A stretch of 64,000 nucleotides of DNA from Poseidonia sp. (GTDB lineage Archaea > Thermoplasmatota > Poseidoniia > Poseidoniales > Poseidoniaceae): contig JBMZXF010000004.1 in the NCBI GenBank assembly GCA_049627345.1, positions 17,957 to 81,956 of the forward strand, given 5' to 3'. Positions 1 to 7,878 of the stretch are shown here, in pieces. Position numbers and translations under genes: made by a program. Position 1 is the stretch's first letter, and every line of letters begins with the position of its first letter. The notes under the pieces were generated by a model that saw only the letters and a program-made list of their open reading frames with translations, did no database searches and was not told the DNA's origin.

Positions 1-585
1 GGCGTCCACCGACCCGAAGGTTTGGCCGTGCGTGCTCACCGCGCCAAGGGTTTCTGGGTCGAGGGGCCTCCCTTCCTCGTCCAAGTCTGATGGAATGAAG
101 ATCGGGTCGTATCCAAAGCCGCCTTCCCCTTCGGCATCATAGGCGATTGACCCTTTGCAAACGCCCTTTCCGAAATGAAGTTCCCGGCCGTCCCACAAGG
201 CCGCAACAGCTTGAAACGAAGCGGAACGGAGGCGCTTTGAGCGAGCCGGATCCTCGCTCTGGAGATGTGCGAGCAAGCGGAGCATGCCTGCATTGCCGAC
301 CGTTTCATGAACGTAAGATGAATAGACGCCTGGGAATCCATCGAGGGCATCCACAAACAACCCCGCATCCTCCACCAGCACCATGGCACCTTCGTGAGGA
401 AGGTGTTCCATCGCCTGGCGAATTTTGGCCTCCGCCACCTCCTCAAGGGTTGAGGCTTGAGGTTCAACAATCGAACCCTCTGGGACCTCAAGGGCACGAA
501 CCGTCATGCCCAGTGTGGAGAAGTGGTGCGTGGCCTCCGCCAACTTTCCGGCGTTTGAGGTGAGAAACCAAACGGTCGTGTCCAT
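1..585 (-). CDS. rdgB: Non-canonical purine NTP pyrophosphatase (RdgB/HAM1, dITP/XTP pyrophosphatase), 3' end truncated by the window
   Basis: Not in the ORF track because it runs off the edge. Manual translation from ATG 585 gives MDTTVWFLTSNAGKLAEA...LVEDAGLFVDALDGFPGVYSS...GFGYDPIFIP, carrying the HAM1 motifs TSNxGK, EDxGL, GFPGVYS and GFGYDPIF. Confidence 0.93.
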   Translation of the reverse strand, partial: MDTTVWFLTSNAGKLAEATHHFSTLGMTVRALEVPEGSIVEPQASTLEEVAEAKIRQAMEHLPHEGAMVLVEDAGLFVDALDGFPGVYSSYVHETVGNAGMLRLLAHLQSEDPARSKRLRSASFQAVAALWDGRELHFGKGVCKGSIAYDAEGEGGFGYDPIFIPSDLDEEGRPLDPETLGAVSTHGQTFGSVDA

Positions 586-683
586 GGTTGGCCTTCTTGG
601 TGACGGCTAATGACCGTGCCCGTTGGCGGCGAATGCTTTCCGGGGAAAGGAGAGACTTTAGCCCGCGCTGACCAGCCTTCCTC

Positions 684-1052
684 ATGCTCTCAAATTGGAT
701 GCTTGTCGCCGTCGGCGGCGCCGTGGGCGCCGTGTTGAGGTACCTCATCAGCGAAACCACACCCGACACCGGTTTTCCTTGGGCCACCCTCAGCGTGAAT
801 CTCATCGGTTCCTTGCTGCTGGGCTTGGTCGCCGCAGCCACCCTCGCCAGTGTGCTTTCCGAATCTCAAGCGTTGCTGCTGGGCGTCGGGTTGTTGGGGG
901 CGTTCACGACCATGTCCACCTTCTCGGTGGAAACCATCACCATGGTGGAAGCAGGGCACTGGCGTCTTGCAGGGGCTTATGTTCTGGTCAGCGCAATTCT
1001 CGGGCCCGTGCTCGCTCTGGCTGGATGGAAAGGCGGGCAAGCGGTGTTCTAA
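684..1052 (+). CDS. crcB: Fluoride efflux channel Fluc/CrcB
   Basis: 122 aa with 4 TM helices; motifs GGAVGAVLRY, FPWATLSVNLIGS and GLLGAFTTMSTFSVE. Confidence 0.95.
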   Translation: MLSNWMLVAVGGAVGAVLRYLISETTPDTGFPWATLSVNLIGSLLLGLVAAATLASVLSESQALLLGVGLLGAFTTMSTFSVETITMVEAGHWRLAGAYVLVSAILGPVLALAGWKGGQAVF

Positions 1053-1055
1053 GCC

Positions 1056-2174
1056 TCACTTCAAGATGGCCAGCATGCGGTTAAGCGCCAACAAGGAGCC
1101 GGCTTGAACTTCCTCCGGCACCACGATTTGATTGGGGATTTCACCGTCGACCAGACGTTCCAACACGTCCATCAGGTAAGCAGGGTGAATCATGTACATG
1201 GTTGAGCAAGGGCAAATTTCCTCGTCCAAGCATTCGATGTGCTTGTCGGGGTGTTCTTGCGCCAACCTGGCGACCATGTTGATCTCCGTCCCGATGGCAA
1301 TGGAGGCGCCAGCAGGTTGTTCGTTCACGAAATTGCGAATGTATTGGGTCGAACCGTAAGCGTCGGCGAGTTCAACCGTCTCTTTCGGGCATTCTGGATG
1401 AACCACCACGATGCCGTCGGGGTGTTGCTCGCGGAATTCAGCGATCTGTTGAGGCGTGAAGCGCTTGTGCACCGAACAAAATCCATGCCACAGCACGATG
1501 CGGGCGTTGTCCAACGAGCCCATGGCACCAATGCCAGGCGTCCAGGTCGGCATTCGGTCCTCAGAAATACCCATGGCAAGACCGGTGTTTCGCCCCAAAT
1601 GCTGGTCGGGGAAGAACAACACCGCACCCTTTGGACCGGCTCGCTCAAAGGCCCAATTCAACACGCCCTCGGCGTTGGATGAAGTGCACACCACGCCGCC
1701 GTGTCGACCCACGAAATCTTTCAGGTCCGCACTTGAATTCATGTAGGTGACGGGCACGAGGTAGGCTTCTCCCTCGCCCGCTACATCCTCGGGATGTTCC
1801 CGGTTGATGGGGTCGGAAAGCCCCGACTGGTCGAGTAACTCCTGCCATGCCACTTCGACCTCAGTCAGCGTGGCCATGTCGGCCATGGAGCACCCCGCCC
1901 GAAGGTTGGGGAGGACCACGGATTGGTCGTCGGAGGTGAGAATATCAGCCGATTCAGCCATGAAGTGGACGCCACAGAAGACGATGTACTTGGCGTCCGA
2001 TTCGGCCGCCTTTTGGCTGAGCATGAACGAGTCACCGAGGAAATCGGCGTGCATCACGATGCTGTCCCGCTGGTAGTGATGGCCGAGGATGAGCAAATCA
2101 TCACCCAGCTGTTCTTTCAGTTCCTGAATTCGGTCGGCAACGGCTTGCTCTTCAACGGACAGCGTGGTGTCCAT
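1056..2174 (-). CDS. nadA: Quinolinate synthase NadA
   Basis: Motifs ILGHHYQ, FCGVHFMAE, AGCSMA, YMNSSA, GFCSVH, HPEC, GTE and CPCSTM. Start placed at MDTTLS (ATG 2174); the ORF is open to 2228. Confidence 0.93.
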   Translation of the reverse strand: MDTTLSVEEQAVADRIQELKEQLGDDLLILGHHYQRDSIVMHADFLGDSFMLSQKAAESDAKYIVFCGVHFMAESADILTSDDQSVVLPNLRAGCSMADMATLTEVEVAWQELLDQSGLSDPINREHPEDVAGEGEAYLVPVTYMNSSADLKDFVGRHGGVVCTSSNAEGVLNWAFERAGPKGAVLFFPDQHLGRNTGLAMGISEDRMPTWTPGIGAMGSLDNARIVLWHGFCSVHKRFTPQQIAEFREQHPDGIVVVHPECPKETVELADAYGSTQYIRNFVNEQPAGASIAIGTEINMVARLAQEHPDKHIECLDEEICPCSTMYMIHPAYLMDVLERLVDGEIPNQIVVPEEVQAGSLLALNRMLAILK

Positions 2175-2296
2175 GAAATTAACAGAACACATCGGGAGGG
2201 TCACCGTCATGGCTCTCATCTGTCCCAACGCTCAACCCTTTTTGAAGGAACGGATGGGCGTGAACGTTCAAAAAGAAGACCTTGGTGAGCCCCTCC

Positions 2297-2977
2297 ATGG
2301 TCTTCCAGCCAACAGAGCGCCTTCACCTCGGCGCAGAGGCCGAGGTTTGGAAGGGTGAGTGGTTCGGTCGCCCGGCGGTCCGAAAGCAACGACGACCGCG
2401 TTCCTGGCGCCACCCCAATTTGGACCACCGCCTGGGGGTGCGACGCATGATCAGCGAAGCCCGCCTGCTGATTCGAACCCGGAAAGCCGGCCTTTCGGTC
2501 CCTTCCGTGTGGGACCTTGACTACGAAGGCGGTCAGCTCATCATCGAACACCTCGGTGGTCGTCCGTTGATCGACGTGCTCAACGATGAAGCGACGACCG
2601 ACGGCGAGGCCAAGGCGATGCTTCGGCGTGTCGGCGCATCGGTGAGACGCCTCCACCGCGTGGCCACCACGCACGGAGACCTGTCGAGCAACAACATTCT
2701 CATCGAGGGCGAAACCGTTCACCTGATCGACTTCGGTCTCGCTTCGGTGGAGTACGACGTCGAGCGTTTCGGTATTGATTTGCACGTGCTGGACGAGATT
2801 CTCGGAGCGTCCCACCCCCAATGGGAGGGCGCCATTGATTGGGTGATTGAGGGCTACCTCTCAGCCGAAGAGAACCTCGGACCGGCGCCCGTGCTCCAAG
2901 GAGGTGCTGTCCCTTCGGCGAAGGAGGTTCACGCTCGACTCGAGGACATTCGAACCCGTGTTCGTTATCACGGTTGA
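2297..2977 (+). CDS. bud32: KEOPS complex kinase Bud32 (stand-alone)
   Basis: GAEA glycine loop, R-x-x-x-x-WRHPxLD, EARLL, HGDLSSNN, IDFGL and the C-terminal RVRY. Confidence 0.9.
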   Translation: MVFQPTERLHLGAEAEVWKGEWFGRPAVRKQRRPRSWRHPNLDHRLGVRRMISEARLLIRTRKAGLSVPSVWDLDYEGGQLIIEHLGGRPLIDVLNDEATTDGEAKAMLRRVGASVRRLHRVATTHGDLSSNNILIEGETVHLIDFGLASVEYDVERFGIDLHVLDEILGASHPQWEGAIDWVIEGYLSAEENLGPAPVLQGGAVPSAKEVHARLEDIRTRVRYHG

Positions 2978-5034
2978 CGGCTTTGACGGCGCTCACTCTG
3001 GCGCTGCCACATGTTCCAAGCGACGACCACGAAGGCCGCAAGAACCCCGGCCTGTAACACGAGGCTGGAGTACAAACGAAGTTCGGGCTCCCATGCATGA
3101 ACTCGCATCGACATCGTATCGTCGTCCATCTCAAAATAGACGAGTTGGTGTTCCAGCACCAACGGCCCCCACTGGTCTTTGTAGTCGGACGTTAAGACAA
3201 ACGAGGTGTTGGTGGCGAGTTCCATGAAGTAAATCTCTCGGTCGAGGTACTTTTCCTGAGGCGAGAGCGGGTTGAGGTGATCGCGCACCGACCAGGCGAG
3301 GATGCCGTGGTCGAGGGAGATGTCGGACACGTGGTACTTTGGATTGCTGGCCAACCACTGCTCGGCCGTCGTTCGGTTGTAGAGCACCAAACGGTCGGTG
3401 GCGGAAACGTTGACCGTCACGGCGAGGTATTCCCGGTCAAAGGCCATGCTTTGCACCGTGGCATTTTCCATGTCAACCGGCGTGCCCCACGACGCCAGAA
3501 TCTCATCTTCCTCTACCGGCGCGGAGGCGTTGATGGTGTAGCCCACTTCGCCGCGAACACCGAGTTGCAGGACGGTCACTTCCATCGGTCGCTCGGCGGT
3601 AACATAGGCGATTTCAGAACCCGAACATGTCAACTGCTCAATGCCTTCATGCGCATCATCCGACACGAGCACGGGTGTGCCCTCCAAATCAGTGACCTCA
3701 AGCACACCGTCAAGGGTGTACACGAGGACCATCGATGAGGCACGTTCGCACAGCAACAGGTGCTCGGGTTGGGGAAGGTCCAACGTGCTAAGTATCCGTT
3801 CGGGTTGATGAACGTCGTACATCAACAGGGCTGTGCCGTTCGCCACCACGAGAAGGTCGTTTTGGAGGGCATGCGTGGAATCCAGACTCAGCCCGGGAAC
3901 CTCCACCCTGGAGGAGGCAGCGTCAGCCGCCGATAAATTCTGGAGCAGCAGGGAGACCCCTTCGGTTTGGTTGTCCAGCGTTGCCAGCCATTCGTCGGAC
4001 ACGGCAGCGGCCTCAGGAGCTTCCACACCGCCGGCAGGGAGGGAACGGTGGGTCAAATCCCACGTGATGACGGCAGCCACGACGATCAAAATGGCCACGG
4101 CCATTCGCCCGGTCTCCCGACTTGTCGGCGTTCGGTATTGCTTGAATTCTCGGCCAACTCGGCCGGTGAGCCACGCCCACGCTTGGCCTGGACGGGTCAG
4201 GACGGTGACGATGCGAGCGTTCATCGTTCGCTCGTCGAAGAACTTCCACCAACCGTTGGAGGTACGGTCCGCCATGGACACCGCAGCGCCGGCGATGAGC
4301 ATGCCCCCGATGATGTCGAGGAACCAGTGAATGCCGAGGTAGATGATGGTGAACGCCGTCAGCAAGGTGTAGGCAAACACGGTGTAGCGATAGCGGTTCC
4401 AGCGACGGTCGTCGTCAAAGCGAGTAAGGCACAACCACACGGCAAACGGAATCCCGATGTGAAGCGACGGCATCCCGTTCGTGAACGGGTCAATCCTTCG
4501 GAACCAGTCAGCGATTTCGGGGGTGAGGGTGTAGGCCAACGTTTCCATTCCGGGGATGGTATCACCCGTCACTCGAACGTTGAAAAAGAGGTAAAACGGT
4601 ACGGCGAGGATGTAAACCCAAGCGATGGACAGGGTTACCCGGTCGGCAAGCCAACGATCATCAAAGTAGGCGAAGTAGAACACTGAAACGTAGCAGATGA
4701 ACATGAAGCCGGCGACGTAGAAATGCGTCAGGGCGATGGTCAACCAATCCGCCTGAAAGGTCTCCTGAACCCACAACACGAGGTTGCCCTCAATGGCCCA
4801 AATGTACGGTGTCATGTCCAGGCCGGTGCTCGCCATGAGCAAACGGTCCACTTGGTCGAGCACGTCCTTGGCGTTGTAGATGGCAAACACGATGAGAATG
4901 TGGACCCAATACCTCCGGAAGAAATCCACGAACGGCGGCAGGGACAACTTCGCCCAAGGCGGTTTGAACACGGGAAGCAGGATGACGCCCAAGGCCAAGG
5001 CGCTGATCATCCAGGTCAAGTAGACACTCTGCAC
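2968..5034 (-). CDS. PAP2-superfamily (AUR1/PAP2_3-like) membrane phosphoesterase/phosphotransferase fused to an extracytoplasmic beta-rich domain
   Basis: N-terminal ~260 aa are multi-TM with GMPSLH and YLGIHWFLDIIGG (PAP2 motifs 2 and 3). A further TM helix, a ~320 aa beta-rich region and a C-terminal TM follow. Confidence 0.75.
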   Translation of the reverse strand: MQSVYLTWMISALALGVILLPVFKPPWAKLSLPPFVDFFRRYWVHILIVFAIYNAKDVLDQVDRLLMASTGLDMTPYIWAIEGNLVLWVQETFQADWLTIALTHFYVAGFMFICYVSVFYFAYFDDRWLADRVTLSIAWVYILAVPFYLFFNVRVTGDTIPGMETLAYTLTPEIADWFRRIDPFTNGMPSLHIGIPFAVWLCLTRFDDDRRWNRYRYTVFAYTLLTAFTIIYLGIHWFLDIIGGMLIAGAAVSMADRTSNGWWKFFDERTMNARIVTVLTRPGQAWAWLTGRVGREFKQYRTPTSRETGRMAVAILIVVAAVITWDLTHRSLPAGGVEAPEAAAVSDEWLATLDNQTEGVSLLLQNLSAADAASSRVEVPGLSLDSTHALQNDLLVVANGTALLMYDVHQPERILSTLDLPQPEHLLLCERASSMVLVYTLDGVLEVTDLEGTPVLVSDDAHEGIEQLTCSGSEIAYVTAERPMEVTVLQLGVRGEVGYTINASAPVEEDEILASWGTPVDMENATVQSMAFDREYLAVTVNVSATDRLVLYNRTTAEQWLASNPKYHVSDISLDHGILAWSVRDHLNPLSPQEKYLDREIYFMELATNTSFVLTSDYKDQWGPLVLEHQLVYFEMDDDTMSMRVHAWEPELRLYSSLVLQAGVLAAFVVVAWNMWQRQSERRQSRQP

Positions 5035-5111
5035 AGCGTGGCCTCCAGTTTTGGGTCGCGCCGTCCCTTCATCAAAGCGTCGTCATCCGGCCTGCGCAGG
5101 AGGCGTTCTGT

Positions 5112-5465
5112 TTACCAGGCGCCGTGGACGTAGGGCTTGCCTCGGTCGGGGTCGCGGCGGTTGGCCAAGTCGTAGATCCGTTCAAACCGGTAGATACCGC
5201 TCGAGCAACCTTGCTTCCACTCGAACGCCAGGGCGTACTTTCCAACCGTTCGCACCGTGGGTTTCTCCGCAGGGAGCGCCTCAATTTGGCGACGCAGCGT
5301 GCGGCTGGTGTCGTCCTCGTTTCGCATGGGTGAGCACTTTGCGCAAGGGCAGGCATGACGCAGATCGTCGTAGCTGACCGTGTAGTCAGCGCCGCTGTCG
5401 TAGGTGAGGACCATGTCCTGTGCACGGCGTTCAAGCTTCTTGAGCGTGGGCAAGACGTCGGTCAT
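5112..5465 (-). CDS. DUF971 / gamma-butyrobetaine hydroxylase N-terminal-like protein
   Basis: LRHACPCAKC, VGKYALAFEW and SSGIYRF match the DUF971 pattern. SD GAGGTGA at 5470-5476 overlaps the upstream stop codon. Confidence 0.85.
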   Translation of the reverse strand: MTDVLPTLKKLERRAQDMVLTYDSGADYTVSYDDLRHACPCAKCSPMRNEDDTSRTLRRQIEALPAEKPTVRTVGKYALAFEWKQGCSSGIYRFERIYDLANRRDPDRGKPYVHGAW

Positions 5466-5474
5466 GTGCTCACC

Positions 5475-6485
5475 TCAAATGATTTCGAGGCCGCCGTCGG
5501 CACCGTCTGAAAGTTGGTCTTGGATGGCCGTCACAACCTTCGCGAAGGCCTGTGCAGAGGGGCCTTCGGGTTCGGAAACAATCCTGTGCACACCGTCATC
5601 ACCGCCCCGAACAAACCCGGGGTCAAAGGGCAGGGCGCCGAGGAAGGGAACACCGAATTCTTCGGCCGTCTCCTTGCCGCCGCCTTCTTTGAAGATATCA
5701 AGCGTCACGGAAAAGTTGCCTTCATCGTCGGCCGTGGTGGCCAGCGTTTTACCGCCGGGAGCGGCGATGTTCACCTCGGCCCCCGGTGAGGTCGTGCCGT
5801 TCACCGTGAAGCCGCTCATGTTCTCAACCACACCGAGCACGGGCACCTTGAGGGACTCGGAGAAGGTGATGGATTTTCGGCTGTCGAGCAGCGCCACTTG
5901 TTGCGGCGTAGTGACGATGACCATGCCGTCGATGTCGGGAAGGGATTGCGCCACCGTCAACGGTTCGTCCGAGGTGCCGGGCGGGAAGTCAATGATGAGG
6001 TAGTCAAGTTCCCCCCATTCCACATCGCCGATGAATTGCTGGATGGCGCCCAACTTGATGGGGCCGCGCCACACGACCGGGGTGTCTTCGTCCTCGAGCA
6101 GGAAAGCCATGCTGATGACCTTCACGCCAAGGTGGCCCTGAGCGGGATGAATGCGCTTGTTTTCGACGTGAAGGCGACGCCCGTCGAGACCCATCATTTT
6201 GGGGACGTTCGGCCCGGTGATGTCGATGTCGAGGATGCCCACTGCGTGGCCTTGTTGGGCCAGCGAGAGCGCAAGACCGGTGGAGACGGTGGATTTCCCG
6301 ACGCCGCCTTTGCCGGACAAGACCATGATTTTGTGTTTGATCTTGCGACCGATTTCCTCCATGGCCATCTTGCGCTTCATCTGAGCATACGCCTGTTCCA
6401 TTTGCTTCTGCTCTTGGGGGGACGGGCCGGCCGGTGCTTCGTTTGCGCCGCCCGGGGTGTTGATGGATACGGGGGAATCCGCCAT
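5475..6485 (-). CDS. Mrp/NBP35/ApbC family P-loop ATPase (Fe-S carrier family), atypical and cysteine-free
   Basis: SGKGGVGKS deviant Walker A, DIDITGP, VVWRGP, DYLIIDFPPGTSD, VTTPQ and VVENMSGF. The CPxC motif is absent. Confidence 0.92.
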   Translation of the reverse strand: MADSPVSINTPGGANEAPAGPSPQEQKQMEQAYAQMKRKMAMEEIGRKIKHKIMVLSGKGGVGKSTVSTGLALSLAQQGHAVGILDIDITGPNVPKMMGLDGRRLHVENKRIHPAQGHLGVKVISMAFLLEDEDTPVVWRGPIKLGAIQQFIGDVEWGELDYLIIDFPPGTSDEPLTVAQSLPDIDGMVIVTTPQQVALLDSRKSITFSESLKVPVLGVVENMSGFTVNGTTSPGAEVNIAAPGGKTLATTADDEGNFSVTLDIFKEGGGKETAEEFGVPFLGALPFDPGFVRGGDDGVHRIVSEPEGPSAQAFAKVVTAIQDQLSDGADGGLEII

Positions 6486-6545
6486 GATGCCACCACCAAA
6501 CTGGCCTACTTCAACCCACCCACAAGGGAGGAAGGATGCCGCAGT

Positions 6546-6887
6546 TCACGGCGACCATCGGCGGTATGCAGCGCCGTGAACCACCAACGTGGCTCCGAGC
6601 ACGCCGACCACCGCCGGCAGCGACCACGCCATGCCGCCGTAGGCCCACGCCAAGCCAGTTGCCATCGCCAGCGAAAGTGGGGTCGTGCGACGGAGTGCAA
6701 GGCGTCGGCCAGTGACTGATTCAGGCGAGCCCACCCACGCCGTGACGGGCCCAAAGGCAAGGACGTGGACGGTGATGAGCGCGGCCACCATGGCAAAGGC
6801 GGTGTCCATGTCGCGTGCTGCAAACACGATGTGGAGTCCAAAGAGGAGCCCGAACACGCCCAGGTTGAGCCCGAGTGCTCGCCACAC
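6546..6887 (-). CDS. Small integral membrane hypothetical protein
   Basis: 113 aa with about 4 hydrophobic segments; fills the gap upstream of mrp; GTG start uncertain. Confidence 0.6.
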   Translation of the reverse strand: MWRALGLNLGVFGLLFGLHIVFAARDMDTAFAMVAALITVHVLAFGPVTAWVGSPESVTGRRLALRRTTPLSLAMATGLAWAYGGMAWSLPAVVGVLGATLVVHGAAYRRWSP

Positions 6888-6972
6888 AAGCGGCCGTGCA
6901 CGCCGTGGTATGTCAAGGCATCAACCTTCTATGGAGCGAGAGTCTAAATGGCATCGTCTGCTTGTGGATTGC

Positions 6973-7344
6973 ATGAAGGTCCTGTTCGTATGTGTCGGAA
7001 ACTCCTGTCGCTCTCAGATGGCCGAAGGACTGGCCAAATCCATGGGCCTGGAAGCCGCCTCTGCTGGCACTCATCCTGCCCAAGCGGTCGCCAAACACGC
7101 CGTGACCCTGCTTGAAGGCCGAGGCATCTCCACGGACGGGATGACACCGAAGTCCCTGGACAACTTCAACCCGAGTGATTTTGACATGGTCATCTCCATG
7201 GGGTGTGGCGTTCACTGCCCAGCGATCAAGATCGACCAGGATTGGGAACTTGAAGACCCGGTCGGCCAAGCGTACGAGGTGTACGAAGCGACGGCTGCAG
7301 AAATTCAGCGCAGGCTTGAATTGCTGGCCGCTCAGGAATCTTGA
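6973..7344 (+). CDS. arsC: Thioredoxin-type arsenate reductase / LMW-PTP family
   Basis: MKVLFVCVGNSCRSQMAEG (CX5R), resolving cysteines in MGCGVHCP, and DWELEDP. Confidence 0.85.
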   Translation: MKVLFVCVGNSCRSQMAEGLAKSMGLEAASAGTHPAQAVAKHAVTLLEGRGISTDGMTPKSLDNFNPSDFDMVISMGCGVHCPAIKIDQDWELEDPVGQAYEVYEATAAEIQRRLELLAAQES

Positions 7345-7652
7345 GGCTCGGGCACATCGCCCACGCCTTCCATGTCAATGCGGAGCACGCTCACGGTTCG
7401 CATGCCGTTCTCGCCCTCGACCTCTTCCGATTCGCACGAGAGGTGCTGAATGTTCACGGCCTCTGGCAAACCCTGAGCGATGTGACCGTTCCTTCGTCGG
7501 CACACTTCTGCGACGTCGACCGCTCTGGAGATGGTGGCTCCACGGGCCACCAACTGAATTTCTCGGTCGCCGTCCTCCATGGCTTTGACCACGGCTCGGA
7601 CATAGGCATGAAGGGGCTTTTTTCCGACAAAAATCACTCTGCGGTCGCTCAT
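7332..7652 (-). CDS. albA: DNA/RNA-binding protein Alba
   Basis: MSDRRVIFVGKKPLHAYV...LVARGATISRAVDVAE...VSVLRI is the Alba signature; ATG at 7652. Confidence 0.9.
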   Translation of the reverse strand: MSDRRVIFVGKKPLHAYVRAVVKAMEDGDREIQLVARGATISRAVDVAEVCRRRNGHIAQGLPEAVNIQHLSCESEEVEGENGMRTVSVLRIDMEGVGDVPEPQDS

Positions 7653-7723
7653 GGCTCTCGGCTTGTGTTGAGGGCGTTCATCCCATAAACATTGAGAGGA
7701 AATTGACCTGTAATGGCTCGCAG

Positions 7724-7798
7724 TGGTGCGAGCGCCGGGACTCGAACCCGGGTTCAGGCGTTGGCAACGCCCGGTGATAACCACTACACTACGCTCGC
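7724..7798 (-). tRNA. tRNA-Gly (GCC), CCA encoded, no intron
   Basis: Reverse complement GCGAGCGTAGTGTAGTGGTTATCACCGGGCGTTGCCAACGCCTGAACCCGGGTTCGAGTCCCGGCGCTCGCACCA folds as a cloverleaf with anticodon GCC and T-loop TTCGAGT. Confidence 0.97.
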
Positions 7799-7878
7799 TG
7801 GTGGCCGTCCCACCTTGAAGGAGTTTAAACGGTTGTCGGCGAGGAACGATTGAGGAAGCGCCCCAGAAGGCCGCCCTG

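Noticed and set aside
36..563. ORF-track calls 36..497(-) and 147..563(+)
   Set aside because: Both are alternative frames over the true rdgB gene.
583..620. Possible fluoride riboswitch upstream of crcB (GCTAATGAC present within a hairpin)
   Set aside because: The 5' GGxGATGG..TTCxCC stem and the AAxC linker are missing, the element overlaps the rdgB start, and a TATA-like box at about 657 suggests crcB is leaderless. A cmsearch with the Rfam fluoride (crcB) model would settle it.
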